Source of the DNA: Bacillota bacterium
Lineage (GTDB): Bacteria; Bacillota; Sulfobacillia; Sulfobacillales; JAIMBI01
Direction of reading: 5' to 3'
DNA: 64,000 nt
NCBI GenBank assembly: GCA_021846505.1
Contig: JAJZWV010000009.1
Span: 11,411 to 75,410 of the forward strand
Below are positions 1 to 6,964 of this stretch, piece after piece. The translations under genes and the position numbers were made by a program. The notes under the pieces are model-generated. The model had not been told where the DNA came from. It saw only the letters and a list, made by a program, of their open reading frames with translations, and did not search any database. The first letter of the stretch is position 1, and the number at the start of each line of letters is the position of its first letter.

Positions 1-1641
1 CCCGCCGTCGCTCGTCACCCAATAGCCATTCGCGGACCACATCCAGCCCAGCCGCGGGCCCGAAAATCTCAGCATGGCCGGAGGGGCAATGCTCAGCACC
101 GGCGGCAGTCGGTATGGCACCCAGCTCCCTCCTCCGTCAGCCGTCCGCCATAGATATACCGTACCGCGCGATACATGGACAGCCTTGCCGTCGGCCAGAC
201 GCACCGTGCTGGACCGCGGATGGCCTAGGGCAAAGCCGACGCCTGGCGTCTGGCAGGCCACACCCGTGGCATCAAAGGGAAGACGATGGGCGCGGGACAG
301 ACTCTGGAGGCCGTTGGTCGTGACCCGAATCGTGGTGGGCCCCAACAGCACAAAGCCATACCGGCCGCATGCCGACGCATCTACCGCGGGAGGCGAGGGG
401 GGCAGGGGCGCCGGCGCCCATGTGCGGCCCCCATCTCGACTGACATACAGCCGCGGCTTTACGGCCCACAAAATCCGGGGCGACACCGACACCAAGGTGG
501 CGGCGGGTCCTGGCAGGTATCCGACCGTGGCCCAGTTCCGGGCCCCCGCCTGGCCAGCCACCACGGCGGTGGGCGCACCGCGGTCGCCCACGCCATAGCT
601 CACGCGCGCCGCCGGCCACACCACGGATCCCTGGGGCTCCGGCAGGGGATACAGCGATGTCCAGCCGCCGTCGCTGCTCACCTCCCAGGCACGGCCGTCC
701 GCCAGCAGGTAGGCATGCCGTCCAAATCGCCCCAGCGAAGTCACGCTCCGCCCGGCGGCAATCTGCGGCATTGCGGCGGCCGCCCATCGGCGGCCGCCAT
801 CATGGGTGACCCACAATCCGGCGGAGGTGGCCAGGTAGCCCTTGAATTTACTGAGGAACACCAGTCCCGTCAGTCGGCCCCGGATGGCCGCCGGCGCCCC
901 CACCGCCACCCACGAGCGGCCCCCGGAGCCGGTGGCCCAGAGAGAGACCGGCCCGGGATGGCTGGCAGGCGGCCCACATGCCGCATAGCCATCGGATCTC
1001 GTGACAAAACTTATGGCGGTGGCCAGCGACCTCGGCCCACAGGGGAAGTGTCGCGGGCTCCACGTGGCGCCGCCATCGACGCTAAACGCCAGCGCCCATG
1101 GCGTGTGGTCACCCCCGGTCACTCGGTACCCCCACGCGGGGCTGACAAACGAAATGGACTTCAGACGATGGCGATGGGTGGCGTACATAGTCGACCAGCG
1201 CAAGCCTCCGTCCCGGGTCGACAGCAGCGCGGAGGTTCGGCACTGCCCCACCGGGCAGCCGTTTTCCACGGCATACCCCTGCCGCGGGCTCACAAACTGC
1301 AAATCGGTCACCGGAAGCCCGGTCCGGTAGTGCATGCGCCAACTGGCGCCGCCGCTTACCGTTTGCAGCAGGCCGGATCCGTGTCCCGGCCCCGGCACCA
1401 CACTCCAAAACTTGTAGCGGTCCAGCACCACCACCTGCCGGACCGACAGCGGAGCTGGGGCGGGGCCGGGCCACAGCGTGGGAAGCTGCTCGCCTCGGAG
1501 CAGGCCGGGGGTGGTGGGAAACGAGGGGGCGGGGGACACCGGGTGGCCCGGGGAGCCGGCCCAGCTACAGGCCGCTGCGCCGCCAGCCGCCAAGGCTGCC
1601 AGCACCGCCAGAGCGGCCGTCCTCCGCCGCGAGCGTCTCAC
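1..1641 (-). CDS. BNR/Asp-box repeat beta-propeller protein with signal peptide (possible lipoprotein), 3' end outside window
   Basis: Hand translation of the minus strand gives 547 uninterrupted codons from GTG at 1641 to position 1. It is absent from the ORF track because it runs off the edge. SD-like GAGGGGGTGA lies at 1650-1659. N-terminus is RRSRRRTAALAVLAALAAGGAAAC. Repeated Asp-box-like motifs: STRDGGLRW, SVDGGATW, THDGGRRW, SRDGGRTW, TADGGGSW, TSDGG. Confidence 0.6.
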   Translation of the reverse strand, partial: MRRSRRRTAALAVLAALAAGGAAACSWAGSPGHPVSPAPSFPTTPGLLRGEQLPTLWPGPAPAPLSVRQVVVLDRYKFWSVVPGPGHGSGLLQTVSGGASWRMHYRTGLPVTDLQFVSPRQGYAVENGCPVGQCRTSALLSTRDGGLRWSTMYATHRHRLKSISFVSPAWGYRVTGGDHTPWALAFSVDGGATWSPRHFPCGPRSLATAISFVTRSDGYAACGPPASHPGPVSLWATGSGGRSWVAVGAPAAIRGRLTGLVFLSKFKGYLATSAGLWVTHDGGRRWAAAAMPQIAAGRSVTSLGRFGRHAYLLADGRAWEVSSDGGWTSLYPLPEPQGSVVWPAARVSYGVGDRGAPTAVVAGQAGARNWATVGYLPGPAATLVSVSPRILWAVKPRLYVSRDGGRTWAPAPLPPSPPAVDASACGRYGFVLLGPTTIRVTTNGLQSLSRAHRLPFDATGVACQTPGVGFALGHPRSSTVRLADGKAVHVSRGTVYLWRTADGGGSWVPYRLPPVLSIAPPAMLRFSGPRLGWMWSANGYWVTSDGG

Positions 1642-1664
1642 GGAGTCTCACCCCCTCTTGCTTC

Positions 1665-1720
1665 GTTGGATCGTTGGATCGTTGGATCGTTGGACCGCTG
1701 GACCGCTGGACCGCTGGATC
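1665..1720. repeat. 8-bp tandem repeat, 7 units (GTTGGATC x3, GTTGGACC, GCTGGACC x2, GCTGGATC)
   Basis: Read directly. Perfect 8-nt phasing across 56 bp, between the pxpA stop (1780) and the SD/GTG of the BNR-repeat gene (1641). A degenerate eighth unit follows at 1721-1728. Confidence 0.9.
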
Positions 1721-1779
1721 GCCGGCCGGATGCGTGCGCCCCCGCCATGTCCTTTAACGCTTCAGCAGGACCCAGGGAT

Positions 1780-2553
1780 TCACCGCGCCGCCAAAACCTC
1801 CGCCAGCGTGGCCCAGTGGATTCCCGCCGGCTCGAGGCCATCCTTCACGTGCTGCGCGAGCTGGGCGGCGCCCGGCGCATCCCCGTGGATCACCAAGGTG
1901 TGCGGCGCCACGGCAATCCAGCTGCCATCCGCCGACCGCACCCGGCCATCGCGGGCCAGGCTCAGCGCTTGCGCCAGCACCTCGGCCGGATCCTCCAGCA
2001 GGGCTCCCCGCTGCCCGCGAGGCACCAGCGTGCCGTCCGGCGCATAGCGCCGGTCGACATAGCCTTCCACCGCCACCGGCACCCCCGCGGCACGGGCTTC
2101 GGCCGCCAAGGCTCCTCCGGCCGCGACCAGCATGAGCCCGGGGCGAAAGGCGGCGACCGCCGCCGCAATCGCTCGAGCGGACGTCGGGTCCACCAGCGCG
2201 CGGTTGTATAGCTGCCCGTGAGGCTTCACATGCTCCAGGGTGATGCCCTCTGCTTGGCAAAACGCAGCCAGCGCGCCGACCTGATACAGCACCGCCGTTC
2301 GAATTTCGTCGAACGACCACTGCCAGTCCCGCCGCCCAAATCCTTCGAGATCGCGATAGCCTGGGTGGGCTCCCACGCCTACCCCCCGCTGCCGCGCCAT
2401 CCGCACGGTGCGCTCCATGGTGACGGGATCGCCGGCGTGAAACCCACATGCGACACTGGCGGAGGTGACCACCGCCAGCAGCGCCGCATCGTCTCCCATC
2501 CGCCACTGTCCGAAGCTTTCTCCCAAGTCGGCCGTCAAGCTCATCCAGTGCAC
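1780..2553 (-). CDS. pxpA: 5-oxoprolinase subunit A (LamB/YcsF family)
   Basis: 257-aa ORF with N-terminal LTADLGESFG...DD...SASVACGFHAGDP typical of the LamB/YcsF family. It follows pxpB and pxpC. Confidence 0.85.
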   Translation of the reverse strand: MHWMSLTADLGESFGQWRMGDDAALLAVVTSASVACGFHAGDPVTMERTVRMARQRGVGVGAHPGYRDLEGFGRRDWQWSFDEIRTAVLYQVGALAAFCQAEGITLEHVKPHGQLYNRALVDPTSARAIAAAVAAFRPGLMLVAAGGALAAEARAAGVPVAVEGYVDRRYAPDGTLVPRGQRGALLEDPAEVLAQALSLARDGRVRSADGSWIAVAPHTLVIHGDAPGAAQLAQHVKDGLEPAGIHWATLAEVLAAR

Positions 2554-2592
2554 TTCGGGCCCTCCTCTCGTCCGACAGCACCGGCCCCGCCT

Positions 2593-3510
2593 TTAAGCGG
2601 GCGGGACGGCGTGCCCCTCCTCATGCCAGGCGGCGATCGCCTCGTCGCGAGACACAATCGCCAGGCGAGCGGTCACCCCTGGAGCCCACTGCGCCACCAG
2701 GGGCCAATCGGCCGCGATCACGACCAGCGGCACGGGGTAGCCACCAGAGATGCCGCGGCCCGGCAGCAGCACCAGACACGTACCGTCCGGTGTCACCTGG
2801 ACGGCGCCTGTGACCATGGGGACCGACAAGCGCCGGCTCCAGGCCGCCGGGCCGACGCCCTCCCATGGGGACGGGCCGCCCTCGGGATCCAGCCGCACCC
2901 CTACACGGTCCGACCGCGCCGACACGCGGTAATTTTGGCGCGCGACGCGCGCCGCCAGCCCCCCGCTGGCGTCGGGCCCGGCCGTGGCGCGGACGGTGGC
3001 GCTCAGCCGGCACGTATTTTCGACAGGCCCACGCATCGCACCAGCGACGGGGGCGCCGAGCGGCAGAATGTCGCCCGTGGCAATCGGGCGCCCGAGGCCC
3101 GCAGCCAAGTCAACGGACCGGCTTCCCAGCCACTGCTCCGTGGCAAAGCCCCCATCGATGGCGATATAGGTTCGGGCGCCTCGCCGCGCAGAGCCGGATT
3201 CCAAGACAGACCCCGCCTCAGCGCGCACGGCATGCCCCGGGGGGACCGGGGCGCCGTTGACCCGGACTTGCATATCGGCGCCGGCCACACCCAACACTGC
3301 GGCGCCCGACAGCAAGAGCCGCGGGCCCACGAGCGTCGCCTCCAGCACCGCCGCGCCCAACGCATTCCCTACCAGATAGTTCGCCCAGCGCGCGGCCCAT
3401 GGGTCTGCCGCTCCGCCCGGCGCGACGCCCCGCGACGGGCCCTGCGGACGCCCGGAATCCTGCACCGTAGTCAGCAGGCCGGGATCCAGCACGTGCACCG
3501 ATCGCGTCAT
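2593..3510 (-). CDS. pxpC: 5-oxoprolinase subunit C (allophanate hydrolase subunit 2 / KipA-like)
   Basis: The ORF contains VLDPGLLTTVQDSGRPG, typical of AHS2. Start chosen at ATG 3510, which overlaps the pxpB stop as ATGA; the longer 3630 start is probably an upstream extension. Confidence 0.8.
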   Translation of the reverse strand: MTRSVHVLDPGLLTTVQDSGRPQGPSRGVAPGGAADPWAARWANYLVGNALGAAVLEATLVGPRLLLSGAAVLGVAGADMQVRVNGAPVPPGHAVRAEAGSVLESGSARRGARTYIAIDGGFATEQWLGSRSVDLAAGLGRPIATGDILPLGAPVAGAMRGPVENTCRLSATVRATAGPDASGGLAARVARQNYRVSARSDRVGVRLDPEGGPSPWEGVGPAAWSRRLSVPMVTGAVQVTPDGTCLVLLPGRGISGGYPVPLVVIAADWPLVAQWAPGVTARLAIVSRDEAIAAWHEEGHAVPPA

Positions 3511-4187
3511 GCAGGGGCTCCAGAGTCGGCCAACTCCTGAAAGCGATGGGCAGAAACGGGCCGAAACCAAAGCTCGTCGCCTGGCTGATACAGTGTGGGC
3601 CGCTCGCGGTGAGGCTGAAACAAGTTCCACGGGGTCGCTCCAATCACGTGCCAGCCCCCCGGCCCCGGCCGGGTGTAGACGCCGGTTTGCCGGCCCGCCA
3701 CCGCCACCGCGCCGCCGGCCACCCGCGGCGCGGGGTGGTCCCGCCGGGGAAGCACCAGTGCGTCGGGCAGGGGACCGGCGTAGGGAAATCCGGCCTGAAA
3801 TCCCAGGCAGTACACGTGATACGGCCGGTTCGCGTGCAGTCGCACCACGGTCTCTGGCGACAATCCGATCCGGCGGGCCACGGCGTTCAGATCAGGCCCC
3901 CACACCCCCCCATAGCACACCGGAATCTCAATGCGCTGGGGCGGCGCACCGCGCACCCCGGACCAGGCGGCCCAGCGCACGACCCCCAACACCTCTTCGG
4001 GCGCTGCCGCATCCGGGTCAAACTCGACCAAAAGCGTGTCAAAGCCCGGCACGACGGCCACTAGGCGAGAATCCTGCCGAGCCCGGTCCACCAGGGCCCG
4101 CGCCAAGCGCTGGATGCTTCGGTTCGCCGCGCGGTCCATCCCACTGTCCCATCGCAACAGCAGCGCCCGCTCCCCCATGGGGTCCAC
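3507..4187 (-). CDS. pxpB: 5-oxoprolinase subunit B (allophanate hydrolase subunit 1 / KipI-like)
   Basis: The P-x-G-E-R-A-L-L-L...VVPGFDTLLVEFD pattern is typical of AHS1. GTG 4187 has a GGGTGGG SD-like element upstream. Alternative starts are 4178, 4322 and 4400. Confidence 0.7.
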   Translation of the reverse strand: MDPMGERALLLRWDSGMDRAANRSIQRLARALVDRARQDSRLVAVVPGFDTLLVEFDPDAAAPEEVLGVVRWAAWSGVRGAPPQRIEIPVCYGGVWGPDLNAVARRIGLSPETVVRLHANRPYHVYCLGFQAGFPYAGPLPDALVLPRRDHPAPRVAGGAVAVAGRQTGVYTRPGPGGWHVIGATPWNLFQPHRERPTLYQPGDELWFRPVSAHRFQELADSGAPA

Positions 4188-4539
4188 CCGCGCCCACCCG
4201 CCAGGCGGCGCCGGCGGCCATGGCGCCGGCGCCCCGCCGCTTCCGGCACTGCCCCGACCTGAATCGCAAATACACAACTGCGAGAGCCCCTTCAATTCGC
4301 CGCCTACGGCTTGCCGCTCCATAAGTTCATGGTAACATGGCATTTGGTAGGACCACGTGCTGCTACTGCGCATGGTCAGTAGGCAGACTAGTGCACACAC
4401 CGCAATCCCCTAAAAGCTGTGATTTTTGCGAATCGGTGCAGGGGAAGCGCCCGGACGGCCACGCCGGCCGCTTGACGGCGGATGCGCCGGGGCTAGACCG
4501 GTGACAGACCCGTGATACACCTACGAGGAGGACAACAAG

Positions 4540-5184
4540 ATGCCTTTGCTGGACAGCTTCCGGCAGCTGACCGATGCCTTGTGGCGTGGGGCACCCGAAA
4601 CCTACGATCTGAAGCCTTTCATGGAGGAGCTGGCGGCTGCCTTGGGCTGTGCGGTGGAAGTCACCGCGCCGCTGGGCGAGGCACCGCTCAGCGCTGGCCC
4701 ACCGGCCGCCAACGGGCGCAGCGGATCCGTCACCCCTACCACCAAGATGGTGCTGCAGGGCCAGTCGGGCCCCACCGGCATCCTAACCCTCCACCGCGCC
4801 GAGACCGGGCTGTCCTCTGACGAATGGCTGCTGGCGGAGTATGGGGCGACCATTATTGCGCTGGTGATGGGGCGAGCCCGAGAGGTGCGCGCCGCCAACC
4901 GCGACCGCGAGCGTGCTCAAGTTTCGGCCGCTATCGAGGCCCTGTCCTATTCGGAGCTGATTGCCGCGCAGCGCCTATTTGCCGAGATTAACGACAACCA
5001 AGGGCTGGTGGTCACCTCGCACGTCGCCGATGAAATGGGGATCACCCGGTCGGTCATCGTGAATGCCCTGCGCAAGTTAGAAAGCGCCGGAGTGATTCAA
5101 ACGCGCTCCCTGGGCATGAAGGGTACCCACATCCGCGTGCTGAATGACCAGCTGCGGGCGGCATTTGAGCGCTTGACGCTCTAG
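4540..5184 (+). CDS. codY: CodY-family GTP/BCAA-sensing transcriptional repressor, shortened N-terminal domain
   Basis: The C-terminal block LSYSEL...GITRSVIVNALRKLESAGVIQTRSLGMKGTHIRVLN closely matches the CodY wHTH as I remember it. LAEYGATIIAL also matches. SD GAGGAGG lies upstream of the ATG. Confidence 0.8.
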   Translation: MPLLDSFRQLTDALWRGAPETYDLKPFMEELAAALGCAVEVTAPLGEAPLSAGPPAANGRSGSVTPTTKMVLQGQSGPTGILTLHRAETGLSSDEWLLAEYGATIIALVMGRAREVRAANRDRERAQVSAAIEALSYSELIAAQRLFAEINDNQGLVVTSHVADEMGITRSVIVNALRKLESAGVIQTRSLGMKGTHIRVLNDQLRAAFERLTL

Positions 5185-5198
5185 GCCGCACACCTTTG

Positions 5199-5229
5199 AG
5201 AGGGCGGGCGCCTCGGCAGCCCGCCCTCT
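5199..5229. terminator. 11-bp GC-rich hairpin between convergent codY and the decayed PLP-enzyme gene
   Basis: AGAGGGCGGGC (5199-5209) pairs with GCCCGCCCTCT (5219-5229) around a 9-nt loop. There is no clear U-tract on either strand. Confidence 0.3.
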
Positions 5230-5245
5230 GCGAGGCGGCGGCTCC

Positions 5246-6189
5246 TCAGTGCATTGCGCCCCTCAGGTCAACCGCCAGCGCCCCCACCAGGCGATCGCCA
5301 TACACCAGCTGCACAACATCGTGCAGATTGATCATAGTGCATACGTGGTTGGGCACCACCGAGAGGCGATCCCCGACCGCGAGGCTCATGGGGCCGCCAT
5401 CCGGCGCGCGAACAACCCCGTGCTCCTCCGACAGCGACGCGATGACGAGGTCGGGGGGCTCACGCAGGCGGCCGACTGAGCCCAGGACCGGCCCATCGCC
5501 CGCCAGCGTTTTGCTGCCCGCGTCCACCACGGCCCGATCCGGCGCCGGGGTGCTCACGACCGCGGTCCACACCAACGCGGCGCCGTCGGCCCACTCTGCG
5601 GCCTTCGCGGCCACCGTGGCGCAGTCGTTGCAAATATAGGTGCCGGGCCGAAGCTCCGTCGCCGCCGACAACAGGTCCAGGTGTCCCGTGGGGCCGCTGC
5701 CGCCCTCGGAAATCACAGCCGGTGCCCAGCCTCGCGCCGACAGGGCACGGGCCTACGCGGCCAGAACCGCATTTTCAGCCTGGAGGGCGGCCACACGCTC
5801 GCTGTCGGATAGGCGCCACGTGCGGTGGCCGCCAAAGCATGTCAGTGAGCGCCTCCTCCAAAGCCACGGCGTCCTCCACCTGCGCTACCCCGCATCGGTG
5901 AAGTCCGGTGTCTACCTCCACCAGCCACCGACAGGTCGGCAAACCCATGATGGGCCAGCCCTCGCGCCTCCTCCAACTTCGCCACCATAAGGGCACGGGC
6001 GCCCAAGTCCAGCTGCCGGCGCGCCCACATCACGCTTTTGTGCGTCTTGGCATGGGGCACGAGCACTTTGCCGCGGACACTCACTCGAGTCGCCATTCGG
6101 TCCAAATTGGCTTCCCCGATGCGCCGGTCCACCACCACCACGGGGGTGTCCAACTGCGCGACGCTGGGCTCCGTCTCAAGCTCCTCCAC
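5246..6189 (-). pseudogene. Decayed D-serine deaminase-like / D-threonine aldolase-like PLP enzyme (alanine racemase N-domain family)
   Basis: Homology is spread over three minus-strand frames. LDTPVVVVD...VPHAKTHK is in ORF 5842-6282. WLVEVDTGLHRCGV is in ORF 5775-5996. GGSGPTG...RPGTY...VVPNHVC is in ORF 5246-5716. An in-frame TAG sits at 5753-5755, and about 60 codons appear to be missing between GFADL and WLVEVDTG. Confidence 0.65.
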
Positions 6190-6232
6190 GCTTTCCGCTG
6201 CCGCTTCTCTGGTACGGTGGCGGGTGAGTCCA

Positions 6233-6946
6233 TCACAGAAGCTCTGTGCCCGCATCCCTCCATCCGCGGATGGCACGCGCATACAGCCACAGACCCGCCA
6301 GTCCCATGACGGCCTTCACCGCCACCCACCCCGGCAGCGGGGTCGGCCAGCGGTAGGCAAACACATTCAGCATCTCTAAGGGCGGCAGGCGGTAAAACAC
6401 CCCCAGCAGCTGAAGCACCAAGTCCATCACCGGCAGCCCAATGGCCACCAGATAGCCCAGCGCCACGCGCCCGGACGCGCTCGCCACCAGCGCGGCGCCT
6501 CCGCCCAACAGCAAGCCGGGCCCCAGGGCTGCCGCCAATCCTGTGGCAAACGGCACCGGTCCAAATGCCACGCGCAGCACGGTCAGCCACAGCAGCACCA
6601 AGAGCCACGCCCCGCCCACCAGCACCAGCATCCTCGCCCGCGCGACCCGCGGCATGGGAAGCGGGGCGGCCATCTCCAGCATGCCTTCGTCGTGCTCCAC
6701 CAGCAGCAGCGAGGCGGACCCGATGCCGAACCCCAGTGGAACAAATGCCTCGCAATTTTCTCCCCAGTGGCGGGCCCATTGACTGGAGCCGCCCCCGAGC
6801 CCGGTGTGCATGAGCGTAAGCACCACGAGCCCCAGTGGGACGAGGATCCACGGCGCGCCCCATCCCAGCTTCAGCTCCAGAGCCATGCGCCGCCGCGAAG
6901 CGCTGGCGGGGCGGGCCATCCCGGCTATGCGCCGCTTACGAGCCAT
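6233..6946 (-). CDS. Polytopic membrane protein, unknown function
   Basis: 237-aa ORF with several long hydrophobic stretches. It lies directly downstream of the 722-aa membrane protein gene, with an 18-nt gap. Confidence 0.5.
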   Translation of the reverse strand: MARKRRIAGMARPASASRRRMALELKLGWGAPWILVPLGLVVLTLMHTGLGGGSSQWARHWGENCEAFVPLGFGIGSASLLLVEHDEGMLEMAAPLPMPRVARARMLVLVGGAWLLVLLWLTVLRVAFGPVPFATGLAAALGPGLLLGGGAALVASASGRVALGYLVAIGLPVMDLVLQLLGVFYRLPPLEMLNVFAYRWPTPLPGWVAVKAVMGLAGLWLYARAIRGWRDAGTELL

Positions 6947-6964
6947 GCGTCACCTCCCGTTGAC

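Noticed and set aside
286-2211. Very long plus-strand ORF (641 aa), with similar long ORFs at 6692-8050, 14749-16743, 34429-35589, 43744-44850 and 59079-61175
   Set aside because: These are extremely Arg/Pro/Gly/Ala/His-rich low-complexity translations lying antisense to, or out of frame with, well-supported genes. They are typical shadow ORFs of a very GC-rich genome.
4188-4400. N-terminal 71-codon extension of the pxpB ORF
   Set aside because: The extension is not part of the conserved AHS1 domain, which starts at ...VDPMGERALLL. It has lower third-position GC and no SD at its ATGs. It is treated as part of the long divergent pxpB/codY intergenic region, though a longer start cannot be excluded.
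4321-4539. CodY box or other operator in the codY/pxpB divergent spacer
   Set aside because: Only weak partial matches were seen (for example GATTTTTGCGAATC against AATTTTCWGAAAATT), plus a short inverted repeat CTACTG-N8-CAGTAG. That is not enough to call a site.
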